In this document: positions 1 to 10,257 of the stretch, piece after piece
Layout of the letters: each line of letters starts with the position of its first letter
How positions within the stretch are numbered: the first letter of the stretch is position 1
From: a virus
IMG/VR virus record: IMGVR_UViG_3300037095_000059
Strand: one strand, 5' to 3'
Length of the DNA: 64,000 bases
Translations under genes and position numbers: made by a program
Notes under the pieces: generated by a model
Told to the model about the DNA's origin: nothing
Seen by the model: only the letters and a program-made list of their open reading frames with translations
Database searches by the model: none

Positions 1-3000
1 GGTTCCGGTGACAGCCTGTCCGATAGCCTGTCCAGGGATAGGCATCATGTTGTGGAACACGTCAGCCCACAGGTCTTCCGGACCTAGCTTACGCCCGAAG
101 GAGTCGCGCTGCGTCAGTAGTTCTTGTCCGGCATGAATTGTGGGCGACAACCGGCCCTTGATGAAGCCCACAGGGTCTGTAGCAGCGTGAAGAAGGTCAG
201 TCGGCAACGTCCTCATCCCGAAGATGATTTCCTTGCCTTCCTTGTTCTTGACAGCCAAGCCGAAGGGGGCTTCCAAGTGCGGACTTCCCGTGGACAAGGT
301 GTTGAGGACTCTTGCGATTCCCCACATTCCCAGGGTCATCATCACGACCTGTTTGCGGCCTATGTTACCTTCTTCTCGGTTGAAGAGTCGGGCCCCACTT
401 CTCATTTCCGATTCTAACCAGTCCGGGGCCAGAAGCATTAAGCGGCCCCAGTCCTGCGTAGTTGTGGAGCGCCCCATCGCTCTCCAATTGATACCGCCAA
501 AACTTTCGTTTGCGTGCAGAGCCGCAGCTTTGGCCACGCGGTCATTGGACCACTCTGGGTGAGACGCTCGGTACTGGTCAAACAAGTGCTCGCCCGCCGT
601 CGCTTTCATGGCAGGAATGTAACGTTTGAACAAGAAGTCCTGATACCAGTTCATGGAGTTGGCAATTGTGTTTCCAATTCCTGGAATCCTGCGCAAGGCA
701 TCACCCCCCGTGGACAAGCCTTCGGACATCTGTTGTTGGCCCCGGAAGTCCGTTCCAGTGGTGTAGCCCTGGCGAACCATTGCCAGGAGCTTCGTTTCTG
801 AATGTGGATTAGATGGGTCGATCTTAGCCCCATCCAAAAGGTCAGGTCCGTGGAGAGTAAACGGGTTGATCCCAGTCATCACACCACGGAGCCCAATCTG
901 GACCATGTGGAATGGAGACAGAGACAGCAGGACATGCTTAGCCGCAGACCCCGCGCCCAACAACGCTTTGCCTATGGGGTTTTTGGCGATTCCAGACTCT
1001 TCCAAGCCCAGCCTGTTCTTCAGGTACTGAGCAAATTCGGGGTGGGCCTTGATGTCGGCATCAACTAGGATACCGTGCCCGGCGGAGTCGTTGGTCACAA
1101 AGTTCCAGCCGCGCATAGCGTTGTGATCCAGCGTGACGTAGTCCTGCGGGTCCCAGGCATAGACGGGCTTCTGTGCGCCGTTGAACTCGCGCAGGCCCGA
1201 GTAGTCTTTGTTCGCCAGCATGGACTTCAGGTACATGAGGTCGGTCCGAAGTTTATTGTTTCCCATTTCGTCGTACTGTGCGTTCTTACTCAGAGCCTGC
1301 TTTTCCAGACGATCAATTGCCATCCCGATGTTGTCCGGATGAACGTGGGGCGTTATGTCCTTGATGGTGCCGTCGGCCAGGAAGCGGTCGAAGTACCCCG
1401 TCTTCTTCATTTCGTCAATGTTGCTCTGCGCGATGTTGATTTTCTGCACGCGGTCCGGGGAGATGAATGTCTTGGGGTCTTCCCCGTCTTGACCAGTTAC
1501 AACTCTGCCCGATCCCGCGAGAACCACCGCCGGTCGGCCATCGCTTCCCCGGGAGAAATCGTCTCTCAGGCTACGAATGAACTGCCGGTTGGCTGCGGCC
1601 TTGATGATTTCGGCTCTGCCCCTGGCCATGTTGTTCACTATGTCGAACTTCAACTGCTTGGGGGATTTCAACAGCCCGGTCAAGGTTGAGTCATATACGC
1701 GGCGGCGTGCCATCGTTACGTTGGTGGCAAACTTTCCGTTCTTGGCATCAGAGGATATAACTCGACCTTCCGGGTTGGAGTTATCCCATGTCCGCTGGAA
1801 GTAGTCGTCGATGTAGTGTTGCAATATGTCGTTTGTCGAGCCTATTTCGAAGCTGCGGTCGTGCTCGTTCCTGATGAAGTCCATTGCGGATTTCATCTGG
1901 GGGTCAGGCGCGGTGGTTGCCGCTTTCCTATGCACACTCATCACCAAGTCCCGGTATTCCTTGGGCTTGTCTTTGAAGACGTTATTCTGGATCATGTCGT
2001 CGATGTTCGGCGGGAGATGTCCATTATCCGGACTTTCTCTTGAGAACAGCGGCTGACCTTGATGCAGGACAGACTCACGCATGGAATCTGTGATGGGGAA
2101 GTAGGGAACAGCAGAAGTTTTGACTTCCTTTTGGATATTTAACTTTCCGCCGATTTTTTCTGCGTAGGCTTCCGATCCAAAATCCCGTACAGCTTCTGCA
2201 AAAGGAATCCGGCTATAACGCACTTCATAAGCAACAGCCCGGGCTTGCCCCTCAAGTTGAGTTCCTTCTGCTTCCGAAGCTATTTTGTCTAGGTCCGCTG
2301 TCGATAGGGTCGGTCCCTCATATATTCTTGTTTTAGACCCGTCAGATACCTTGATCTTCGTCTCCCCAACCTTAGCCCCAAACTGTTTTCCAAGTTTGTT
2401 GGCAACCTGCGGGGTGATCTGATCGTAGTAGCTTTCGAATCCTTCCTTCCGGGGCATGCTCGCTCCGGTTGGCTCTGTCTGCATCCGATCCCAGAGTTTC
2501 TTGGTGACAGCGTCTACCTTCTCACGACCAGCAATATGCAGGACCCGGTGTACAATTGCTCTCAGGTCGGCTTGGGACTTTACTTGTCCTCCACTTTTGT
2601 TGAGCAATCCCCGGCGCGTAGCTTCGCCTTCTAGATCAACCCCTCCGGCATTTCCGCCGTGCTGATATGTTCCAGCAACCGTCCATTTTCCGTCTTCGGT
2701 CTTTTCCCAATCGAAGCGTTCCGACCCCCACCGGTTGAAGTGTTCAACTCCCGGGGTCCACGAGATTCCATCATATCCGTTTTCGGCGGCGTATCGGATC
2801 ATTCTCTTGAAGAATAATCCGGTCCATTCGTCTGTCTTCTTGAAGGGGGCGTCGGGGACTCCAGAATGGACAGTCTCTTTGCTGATTTCGTTCAGACGAG
2901 CCTGTAGCTCCGGATGAACGTCTCCGGCGTCCGGTCTTGTTGAGTGGGTCCGGTCGTATTCTCGGGGGTCTAGTTCTCCCGTTTCCGGGTCTATCGCATG

Positions 3001-6000
3001 AACCTTGACACTCCAAACACGATCCCATCCCTTTCCGTTGGGGTCTGCGGGATGGAAAGAGATTACCTTGTCTTTTCCTCCGTAGCTGTTTACAATATTT
3101 CCTGGCTTGAAGTAGTTCGCAAGTTCTTCGTCGGTTACCGGGTCCTTCAGTCTTTCGCGGAGATCGGACGCTTCCTTACGGAGACTCTCAATTCTTGCTG
3201 GGTCGAGATTGTACCCCTGTGTCCTTCCTTTCTGGTGCCAATCAGATTGCAGTTCTTCCAGGTGCAGCAGCTTCTCGCCGTTGGGGCCTGTGCGGTCGTT
3301 GAAGCGGACATGGCCTACTACGTTGGGTTCGTCCCAGTGAGCGGAGCGGAAGTCCTCGTTATAATCGAATACATTCTTCGATTGCCCGTAGTTTGGAAGC
3401 GTCATCAACAACTCTCGGTACGAACCTGGTTCTGCTCCGGGGAGGGTGTATGTGCCGAATTTGGCGGGGTCAAATTTTTCTCCGGCATCCCACCTGTTTA
3501 CCGCACTATCAACGACCTCTCTTTGGTCTTCAGAAAGACCACCATAATCTCTTCCATAAAGCTGTCTGGAAATCCTATCCGGCGGGGGAGTGTTTTCCTG
3601 TTTCGTAACCTCTTGTACCTGCAAGTTATTCGCCGCCAGGTAGTCCTTGACTTCTTCCGGACGCACGGGGGCGCTTCCCTTCTCGCGGAGGAAGTCAGAG
3701 AGACCTGTGTATTTTAGCTCGTCCGGTTTTACGCCGTTGTTCTCCAGCATTTTGAGAACGGTGTCGGCGGGCATGGGTCCTTGCATCCGGCTATCAACTA
3801 GCTGGTTGGACTTCAAGTACCAGACGGGAGCGCGGTTATCCTTCTCTTTGGAAAACAGTCCATTATCCGGACCGAATTCTGTGTCAAATAATGAAGCTCC
3901 TGATTTCCGAGCAAGGTGTGAGGCTATCCGCGAGTCTCTGCGGGCGGCTTCGAGTCTACCAGCCGCGTTAAGAAGTTCAGGACTAGAGCCCGCAGCTTCT
4001 CCGGTGGAAGGTTTTCTTGGGACGTAGGTTTCGAGTTTTGTGTCGAGGGCATTGAGGTCTCCTCCAAGTTTCTTGATTACGCCCCTGATTTCGGGGTTGG
4101 TTTTGAGCATGTCCGCAAAGTCAGCAGAGTGTTGGGCCACAAGTTCGGGTGTTAGCAGTCCTTGCTTGATAATTTCTTGCGGGGGTATCCAGCGGTCGTT
4201 CCCCCAACCAGACAGTTCGGCCAGAGATTTGATGAAGCACCAGATTGCGGCCTGCGCCTGGCGAGGCTCGACGCCCTCCGCCTTGGCCGCTTCGCGGACC
4301 TTGGCAGACATGGCGTCATAAACTGCTGGTTTGTTAATCCGATTCGGGTCGTGATCTCCGAAGACCGCCATCCAGGTGTCGTTTGTGACCCGGCTTGAAT
4401 CCTTGCCCAGGTTCTTTGTGAAAGAAGATACCTTGGGGCCGGATAGAGGCTCTCCCTGTAAGGCGTGAATAGCGTTGCCCATTCTTGCAGGCAGGTCTAC
4501 GCCTTGTGTTTCTCCACGACCGGCGAGAACTCTGTAGAGAGAAGCGTTCTTGCTGGCGACCTTCCCGTCTTTCCAGGTTACGTCCTGGGGGCGGCCCGCC
4601 TTGTCCCACTTGGCCCAGAGGTTGAGGGCCATGCGCAGGTTGGCTTGAACCGGCTGAACCGGGGATAGAGCGGCGGTAAAGTTCAGGAACTTGTCTTTGT
4701 CCGCTTTCCCCAGCCACGGAATTCCAGAGTCGATCAGAGCGTCGAAGGCCCGGGTCGATCTTTCATACCACAACTGTCCGGCTTTGCCCGCACGAATAGC
4801 AGCCGTCCACTCTTCGTGGTCGGGCATGGAGTTGAAGGCGGCGGTGAGCAGGTTCTGCTTTTCGGGTGTGTCGTGCTTCTGAACTTCCTCTGGGGTAAGG
4901 TGGGACTTGATGTCTTCCCACTCTGCGGGTTTTTCTCGGGAAGCCAGTCCGGATAATGGACTGATTGGTTCTCCGCGAAGAGCAGCTTTTTGAACGGCTT
5001 CCCCGCCTTGGTATGAGTCTACCCGTACCCCTTGTCCGGGTTCGTAAGGTCCTTTGTACGTTGGGTCATACGCCATGAACACAACGTCGGGATGGCCACC
5101 GTTGTACTGCTTCATTTTGTCGTAGTTCCAACCTTCGGGGGCATATGCGTCATTCCACGGAAGACGAGCCACGACCTTCATTCCCTCCCGAGCGTTTATT
5201 GCCGGAAGGTAGGTATCGAATCCGTCGGACCGACGCCCTCCATTTTCAATAGCAACGCGCATCAAATTGGCATTAGCTCTTGGGGTATCAGTAGGATGAG
5301 AGAACTTCGACACAATAAGGTCTCCATCCAGAGCGATTCCGGTCTTTCCGTCCGGGCTCATAAAGGTTTTCATTCCTTTATACTCTTCTGGAGAGTAGAC
5401 AGAAAGCTGCTGATCCGCTCCGGAGGACTCGTGCGCTTTCTTGACTTGGGAAATAGCAGAGTGGAACTTCTCCGCCGACGTTGGCACTATGCCATAGTCA
5501 CGGAAAACTTTGACAGGTTCGAAGGATTTGACTACGTTTTGGGCTCTGTACCCGGAGAAGCCTTTTTGCTGAAGCAGCTTTTCGAGGTTATATTCAATCG
5601 GATCGCCATTTTTGCGAGTTAATTTGCGGGCCTGGTCTACAAGACTGAGCGGGTCTTTCGCCCTGTCGTAGATTTTGTTGTAGTCAAGGTTCGCAAAATA
5701 CTTCTTGGAGTTTCCCTGGACAGCGGGTTCTCTGTAGGATTCTTCTCCGAAGTACGTTCCTGGAACCTGTAAACGATCCCGTTCGGCCCCGCGCACACCT
5801 GTTCCTGCCAACTCCGGGTTGGTTTCCGTGAAGTCTGGTTTTCTGCTCCAATGGTAGACGCGGCGAAGGTCCTTGTTTTCGTCCAGTTCCCGGACGCGGG
5901 AAGCTAGACCTTGCTGTTTTCCTTTAGTAGGCTCAAATCGAACTTCAGCCTGAGTGCCCTCAGATTCTGCTGCTTTGGTAGCTTCTTCGTGGGTTGGGAA

Positions 6001-8424
6001 AGAATCTAGGAGATGGCCTTCCCCGTCGTAGACGTACCATTCTCCTTCAGCACCTTGGCCAGCCCCGCCTTCCCCTCCTTCTTCCAGGCGTCGTACACTT
6101 CCAGCGCCCGTTCCTTGCTCGGCCAACCCACTTGCTCTTGCTTCTGCTGCTTGTCTTTCGGCATAAATGTCCTCCACGTGTTGTCTTGCAATTTCGTTGA
6201 TGCGGGCAAATTTCTCCCGCGCTTGGGGTCCGTGCTTGGCTTCAAGTTCCTTGAAATACTCATCTAGGAAATTGATTCTCTCTGTTTTTGATGCGCCCGT
6301 GTCCACGCCCGCCTGATATTTAGCAGCGGTCTCGGCCACACGAACAACCGGGTTTTGGTCATAATCCAGCGAATCAAAATATGAATGAGTCACTGTTGGT
6401 ATTATACCATGTAAACGGTCCCAGGGGGAACCCGGTTCCACTTTAATTTCTCCGCTTGGAAGCCTTGTGGCCCCGTCTAGGAGGTTGTATACCTCCCCGT
6501 TTTGGGAGAGCCATCTTTGCTCGGCGTGTTGAGCTTCTTCTTGTGCAACTAGAATTGAAAACTCAGGATTCTCCCCCGGGGTTTTGAGGACAGATGTAGG
6601 TCCGGCGAGTTGACGGGCCTTGGAAATCAACTGTCCGATTGAACTCTCTGGATTGAAACGACTTAGGAGGATGTCCGCTTCCCTCGGAGAGTAGTTTACG
6701 CCCGTGCCCGGAGCTTGAGCAATCGTTTGAAAGTCGCCGTAATCTTCTGGACTGAGCCAAACAACAGGCCGACCATCTGAGCCTACACGCACTTCTCCCG
6801 AAGAGGTAGTAGCAACGGACTTGGTTCCTGCTCTCGGCGGGGCTTCGTTGTCGGCTAGAGGGGTTCCCAGCGGGGCCGGTATGGGCTGGTACTCTCCACC
6901 ACCTTGGGCTTCAACCAAAACGTTATGTAGTACCCGCGCCTTTTCCGGGTCGGTTTCTGTCGCTATACGGGTTTGGCATTCGGCGAGGCGCTCGGTATTG
7001 AAGGCTTTATCCTCTTTGGACAAACCGAGAACTGGGTGTGCTTTTCGGAGACCTAGCAGGTCGAAGGCTGTGTTGTACTTGTTGACAGCGTCCTGCTCAG
7101 CGACCGCGTGGGCGGCCTCCCTGTCCTTGTTGACTCTCTCTATTGCCAACCAGCGGTCGGACAGCCTGGGAACGTCTGTGGAGCCTAGCAGGGGGTTAAA
7201 CAACTCGCCCGCCGAGCGCAAAGCGTGCGGGGCCCCCAAAGCTCCCATAGCCCCGGAGGCGAACATTTCTGTTCCATATTCCCAAGCGTGATCGGCGTCC
7301 CCTTCTTTCAGGGCGTCGAAGAACCGGGGCGACATCTGAGCCGCTGTTTCCAACTGTTGGTAGGTGAATCCCCAGTTCATCACAGTGTTCGCCGTGTCGG
7401 CGGCCTTGGTCAGGGCCCCAAAAGACACATCGGGCGCTGCTTTGTGCAGAATCTGGAAGGCTCCTCTTTGGAGAAGGTTTCCTCCCAGAAGGTCCTTGGT
7501 CACGTCCAGTTTTTTATCGGACAGTATGGCAGTTGCTTTTTTCCAATTGTCTACGTTGTACCCGGCGTCACGAACCGCGTCAGCCAGGGGGAGGAAACCG
7601 GACTTGGCTTTGGCTACCGTATCGCCCGTATCCGACAGAGCCTTCAGTTCGTCGGTGGAAAACCCGGGCATCTTTGTGTTCGCCGTGGCGATAGCAGACC
7701 TTTCCGCTTCGGAAAGTGTTCCTTCCTTTAGGGCAGTCCTCTGTGCTTCGCTCAAGCCTACTTCAGACAGGTTCTTCTGAAGTTCTTCCGAGGCTAGTTC
7801 TGCGTCCCTGTTGATGGGGAAGGTTAGAGCCCGGGCTCGTTCCAACAAACCCAGGTCGTGTCCGCCCGCTTTCAGGGCACCAGAGATGACCGGCTCAATA
7901 TCGGGCATACTCTTGGCGGTCTTCAGCGCGATTTTTGACGCACTTATGGCGTCGGCGATCTGAGCGGCGGTAAATTCCCCAGACTCTTTGAGCGCAGTTT
8001 CGCCCGCTCCGGCGATAAATCCTCCGGAGCCGAAAGTTGCGGCAGCTAGAGCCAGCGAAAGTGGACTCGTGAGACCCGCCGCGATGTGCTCCACACCGCG
8101 CCCAAACCCGCCCATTCCCAAATCTTCGGGAAGACCAAAGACAGAGGAGTCGAGCAGGGGGGTGTTCGCCCAATCCCAAGCGCGAGAGTACCAGCTTTGA
8201 CTTGGGTCTTGGTACAAGTGCTGAGGAGGAGTGGCGGGGCCAACAGATTGTTGTCCATTACCCGGACTAGAAGCGGAAGAACCCCCAAATAATAGGCCAA
8301 ACGCAGAAGACCCAGAACCCCCAACAGCCGGGGCCGCTGCGCCAACGGCGGCCTCTCCTGTCGAAGGAGTCTGGGTTTCTTTGTTTTCCGAAGAGAAAAG
8401 CAGGGAGTAAGCTGAATCGGGCAT
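1..8424 (-). CDS. giant (>2808 aa) multidomain virion/ejection-type protein; C-terminus lies beyond the window edge
   Basis: Manual translation from ATG 8424-8422 (MPDSAYSLLFSSENK...) to position 1 met no stop. No other minus-strand ORF in the track uses this frame, and it is absent from the track only because its stop is outside the window. It has Gly/Ala-rich hydrophobic stretches at both ends. It follows three low-complexity proteins, as in podovirus internal-core gene blocks. Confidence 0.8.
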   Translation of the reverse strand, partial: MPDSAYSLLFSSENKETQTPSTGEAAVGAAAPAVGGSGSSAFGLLFGGSSASSPGNGQQSVGPATPPQHLYQDPSQSWYSRAWDWANTPLLDSSVFGLPEDLGMGGFGRGVEHIAAGLTSPLSLALAAATFGSGGFIAGAGETALKESGEFTAAQIADAISASKIALKTAKSMPDIEPVISGALKAGGHDLGLLERARALTFPINRDAELASEELQKNLSEVGLSEAQRTALKEGTLSEAERSAIATANTKMPGFSTDELKALSDTGDTVAKAKSGFLPLADAVRDAGYNVDNWKKATAILSDKKLDVTKDLLGGNLLQRGAFQILHKAAPDVSFGALTKAADTANTVMNWGFTYQQLETAAQMSPRFFDALKEGDADHAWEYGTEMFASGAMGALGAPHALRSAGELFNPLLGSTDVPRLSDRWLAIERVNKDREAAHAVAEQDAVNKYNTAFDLLGLRKAHPVLGLSKEDKAFNTERLAECQTRIATETDPEKARVLHNVLVEAQGGGEYQPIPAPLGTPLADNEAPPRAGTKSVATTSSGEVRVGSDGRPVVWLSPEDYGDFQTIAQAPGTGVNYSPREADILLSRFNPESSIGQLISKARQLAGPTSVLKTPGENPEFSILVAQEEAQHAEQRWLSQNGEVYNLLDGATRLPSGEIKVEPGSPWDRLHGIIPTVTHSYFDSLDYDQNPVVRVAETAAKYQAGVDTGASKTERINFLDEYFKELEAKHGPQAREKFARINEIARQHVEDIYAERQAAEARASGLAEQGTGAGSVRRLEEGGEGGAGQGAEGEWYVYDGEGHLLDSFPTHEEATKAAESEGTQAEVRFEPTKGKQQGLASRVRELDENKDLRRVYHWSRKPDFTETNPELAGTGVRGAERDRLQVPGTYFGEESYREPAVQGNSKKYFANLDYNKIYDRAKDPLSLVDQARKLTRKNGDPIEYNLEKLLQQKGFSGYRAQNVVKSFEPVKVFRDYGIVPTSAEKFHSAISQVKKAHESSGADQQLSVYSPEEYKGMKTFMSPDGKTGIALDGDLIVSKFSHPTDTPRANANLMRVAIENGGRRSDGFDTYLPAINAREGMKVVARLPWNDAYAPEGWNYDKMKQYNGGHPDVVFMAYDPTYKGPYEPGQGVRVDSYQGGEAVQKAALRGEPISPLSGLASREKPAEWEDIKSHLTPEEVQKHDTPEKQNLLTAAFNSMPDHEEWTAAIRAGKAGQLWYERSTRAFDALIDSGIPWLGKADKDKFLNFTAALSPVQPVQANLRMALNLWAKWDKAGRPQDVTWKDGKVASKNASLYRVLAGRGETQGVDLPARMGNAIHALQGEPLSGPKVSSFTKNLGKDSSRVTNDTWMAVFGDHDPNRINKPAVYDAMSAKVREAAKAEGVEPRQAQAAIWCFIKSLAELSGWGNDRWIPPQEIIKQGLLTPELVAQHSADFADMLKTNPEIRGVIKKLGGDLNALDTKLETYVPRKPSTGEAAGSSPELLNAAGRLEAARRDSRIASHLARKSGASLFDTEFGPDNGLFSKEKDNRAPVWYLKSNQLVDSRMQGPMPADTVLKMLENNGVKPDELKYTGLSDFLREKGSAPVRPEEVKDYLAANNLQVQEVTKQENTPPPDRISRQLYGRDYGGLSEDQREVVDSAVNRWDAGEKFDPAKFGTYTLPGAEPGSYRELLMTLPNYGQSKNVFDYNEDFRSAHWDEPNVVGHVRFNDRTGPNGEKLLHLEELQSDWHQKGRTQGYNLDPARIESLRKEASDLRERLKDPVTDEELANYFKPGNIVNSYGGKDKVISFHPADPNGKGWDRVWSVKVHAIDPETGELDPREYDRTHSTRPDAGDVHPELQARLNEISKETVHSGVPDAPFKKTDEWTGLFFKRMIRYAAENGYDGISWTPGVEHFNRWGSERFDWEKTEDGKWTVAGTYQHGGNAGGVDLEGEATRRGLLNKSGGQVKSQADLRAIVHRVLHIAGREKVDAVTKKLWDRMQTEPTGASMPRKEGFESYYDQITPQVANKLGKQFGAKVGETKIKVSDGSKTRIYEGPTLSTADLDKIASEAEGTQLEGQARAVAYEVRYSRIPFAEAVRDFGSEAYAEKIGGKLNIQKEVKTSAVPYFPITDSMRESVLHQGQPLFSRESPDNGHLPPNIDDMIQNNVFKDKPKEYRDLVMSVHRKAATTAPDPQMKSAMDFIRNEHDRSFEIGSTNDILQHYIDDYFQRTWDNSNPEGRVISSDAKNGKFATNVTMARRRVYDSTLTGLLKSPKQLKFDIVNNMARGRAEIIKAAANRQFIRSLRDDFSRGSDGRPAVVLAGSGRVVTGQDGEDPKTFISPDRVQKINIAQSNIDEMKKTGYFDRFLADGTIKDITPHVHPDNIGMAIDRLEKQALSKNAQYDEMGNNKLRTDLMYLKSMLANKDYSGLREFNGAQKPVYAWDPQDYVTLDHNAMRGWNFVTNDSAGHGILVDADIKAHPEFAQYLKNRLGLEESGIAKNPIGKALLGAGSAAKHVLLSLSPFHMVQIGLRGVMTGINPFTLHGPDLLDGAKIDPSNPHSETKLLAMVRQGYTTGTDFRGQQQMSEGLSTGGDALRRIPGIGNTIANSMNWYQDFLFKRYIPAMKATAGEHLFDQYRASHPEWSNDRVAKAAALHANESFGGINWRAMGRSTTTQDWGRLMLLAPDWLESEMRSGARLFNREEGNIGRKQVVMMTLGMWGIARVLNTLSTGSPHLEAPFGLAVKNKEGKEIIFGMRTLPTDLLHAATDPVGFIKGRLSPTIHAGQELLTQRDSFGRKLGPEDLWADVFHNMMPIPGQAIGQAVTGT
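2029..2043. repeat. 15-bp GTCC-N7-GGAC motif copy
   Basis: GTCCATTATCCGGAC; inside the giant ORF, encodes SPDNG. Confidence 0.9.
3858..3872. repeat. 15-bp GTCC-N7-GGAC motif copy
   Basis: GTCCATTATCCGGAC; inside the giant ORF, encodes GPDNG. Confidence 0.9.
4947..4961. repeat. 15-bp GTCC-N7-GGAC motif copy
   Basis: GTCCGGATAATGGAC; inside the giant ORF. Confidence 0.9.
8253..8267. repeat. 15-bp GTCC-N7-GGAC motif copy
   Basis: GTCCATTACCCGGAC; inside the giant ORF, encodes SPGNG. Confidence 0.9.
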
Positions 8425-8436
8425 GTTGTCCTATAT

Positions 8437-10257
8437 TTACCGAGAGGCGCTGGTTGTTACGTTCGAAGAATTCAAATTGGGATAGGGAGACATTACGCGG
8501 CCATCGGTTGGGCGGGGGGCAACAGTGATCCCCTTCTCCTGCGCCTGTTGAATTACTTTCCGAAGAGCAGCTTCTCGGGACATGGGGGTCTTAGCTATCA
8601 ATTGATCGGCGGCTTCCGTGGCTCTTATCCAAGGCATCGGAGTTTTGGAATCCCGCAGCGCGGCTTGTTGGTCCTCTGGTTTGAGATTAGAAGACGTGAT
8701 ATACCTGTAAGCGTCCGGGGTTCCTGGCTGAATTTTATCATCCTGTTGCATCTTACCCAAGAGCAGGGATGAAGGCGCATCGGGCGGAGGTGGCGGGTTA
8801 ACTATGTCTTCTTTCTTCTTCTTGGTTCCGGGATGTAGCTCGTGGTACTTGTCCACGACAGCTTTCCAACCGTCGTCCATTTGCGTCTGAAGAGCTTTGT
8901 AATTTGGGTCTGTTGGTTGCAATTCTTTCTGTTGCTTCAAAAGCTCGTCGTTCTGTGCCTTAGTTAGGTCGAACAAGTCCTTGTATTCCCTCTCCCCCTG
9001 CTCTCTGCTTGCGTTAGTATTCGCACGGTTCATATTTTGTTGCGCTCTAAATTGATTTCCCAACCCAATAACTCGGTCAAGAGACATGTTGACAGTGCCT
9101 TCGGGATTCGGGAACACCGTTTCTCCCGCGAGTTTGTTTACCTGCGCCTTGTCCATAGGGAACAACTTAGTCATAGAATCTACCGGAACGTCGTAAATTC
9201 GAACGTTGGTATTCGCGGTCTTGTCCATTGGCTTGCCCGTGGTTTGATCCGTCCAAGCGTTTTGGTCTGGGTCCCATTTCTCTTGGTCCCCAGTAATCGT
9301 GTCCACGAAAATGCGATGTGAGTTTTGTTCTGTCGGATCATTATCCGGGTGTAGCGCAGCCCCTTTAGTCTCCACGACTTTGTCTCGAAGAGCATAGAAA
9401 TTCATAATCGGGGGCAAGTCTTTAGGGTCTTGGGCCCCCCGCGCCTCTAGCGTGTCCATTATGACTCTTGTCGAATCATTGATCTTGTCAATACGACCCT
9501 GATCCTCAAAGTCCATTGTGTGCTGGGACTCTATGATGTTGTGCTGATACATTTTTATTTGGGCTTGTGACACCAGCTTTTGTTGGTAAGCAGTATCAGC
9601 CTTCTGTGCATCTTCAGTCGCCTGCCGCTGGTTCTGCCATTGTTCTTGTGCTTGGTCGTGGGCCCGCGCTCTTGCTTTGTCTTGCATTTCGGTTGCGGCG
9701 TTCCAGCCCATACCAGCACCAGCAACACCGTGCCCCGCTCCGGAGGCGGCCCCGGCCAAAACCCCGGCCAGGAGATTGCGGAAGAAGAAGCCAGGAGAGT
9801 TTTGTTTTGGCTGATTGACCGGAGCCCCTGTAGGATTTCCATCCGCGTCTACCGGCTGAACATATTGGTCGCTCTTGCCTTCGATGGCTTGCATGATCTT
9901 TGAATGAAGAAAACCGTGCTGCACGACGGGGTCCGATAGAGTGGTATGAAACGGCTTTCCAACATCGGACATCGGCACAAACCCGACGGTCTTCCGAACA
10001 GCAGGAGCCGCCCCCTCAGCAGGGGTTCCGCCTGCCCTCGAAGCGGGGGCCGTCGTGGTTTGAGCCGGAGCTTGAGTAGGCGCAGGAGTTCCCGGGGTCG
10101 TGTTCGCCGCCGCAGCGGGGGGAACAGAAGACACGGTAGGCGGCACCTGGGCTGCTGCGGCGTCCCCGTTAGGCGACGGGGAAAAGCCCGACATATTGGA
10201 AGTTGCTGCGGGGGAGGGGGTTGCCATTGCGTTTGGGGAGTCGGTTGGTCCTGGCAT
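8437..10257 (-). CDS. Pro/Ala/Gln-rich structural (internal-virion-like) protein, 606 aa
   Basis: Track ORF. Low-complexity P/A/T N-terminus and Q-rich coiled segments. Stop lies 13 nt upstream of the giant ORF start. Confidence 0.6.
   Translation of the reverse strand: MPGPTDSPNAMATPSPAATSNMSGFSPSPNGDAAAAQVPPTVSSVPPAAAANTTPGTPAPTQAPAQTTTAPASRAGGTPAEGAAPAVRKTVGFVPMSDVGKPFHTTLSDPVVQHGFLHSKIMQAIEGKSDQYVQPVDADGNPTGAPVNQPKQNSPGFFFRNLLAGVLAGAASGAGHGVAGAGMGWNAATEMQDKARARAHDQAQEQWQNQRQATEDAQKADTAYQQKLVSQAQIKMYQHNIIESQHTMDFEDQGRIDKINDSTRVIMDTLEARGAQDPKDLPPIMNFYALRDKVVETKGAALHPDNDPTEQNSHRIFVDTITGDQEKWDPDQNAWTDQTTGKPMDKTANTNVRIYDVPVDSMTKLFPMDKAQVNKLAGETVFPNPEGTVNMSLDRVIGLGNQFRAQQNMNRANTNASREQGEREYKDLFDLTKAQNDELLKQQKELQPTDPNYKALQTQMDDGWKAVVDKYHELHPGTKKKKEDIVNPPPPPDAPSSLLLGKMQQDDKIQPGTPDAYRYITSSNLKPEDQQAALRDSKTPMPWIRATEAADQLIAKTPMSREAALRKVIQQAQEKGITVAPRPTDGRVMSPYPNLNSSNVTTSASR

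Noticed and set aside
124-8292. Dozens of plus-strand ORFs of 60-240 aa in the track (e.g. 1075..1689, 2998..3717, 5032..5622)
   Set aside because: They lie antisense to one continuous 8.4-kb minus-strand reading frame. They have no RBS pattern and have Arg/Gly/Ser-rich shadow-frame composition.
1-8424. The giant ORF as an N4-type or crAss-type virion RNA polymerase
   Set aside because: I found no DxDGD, T/DxxGR, R...K.......YG or HD(S/A)-type polymerase motifs in the 2808 residues visible. The C-terminal part is outside the window, so this is not fully excluded.
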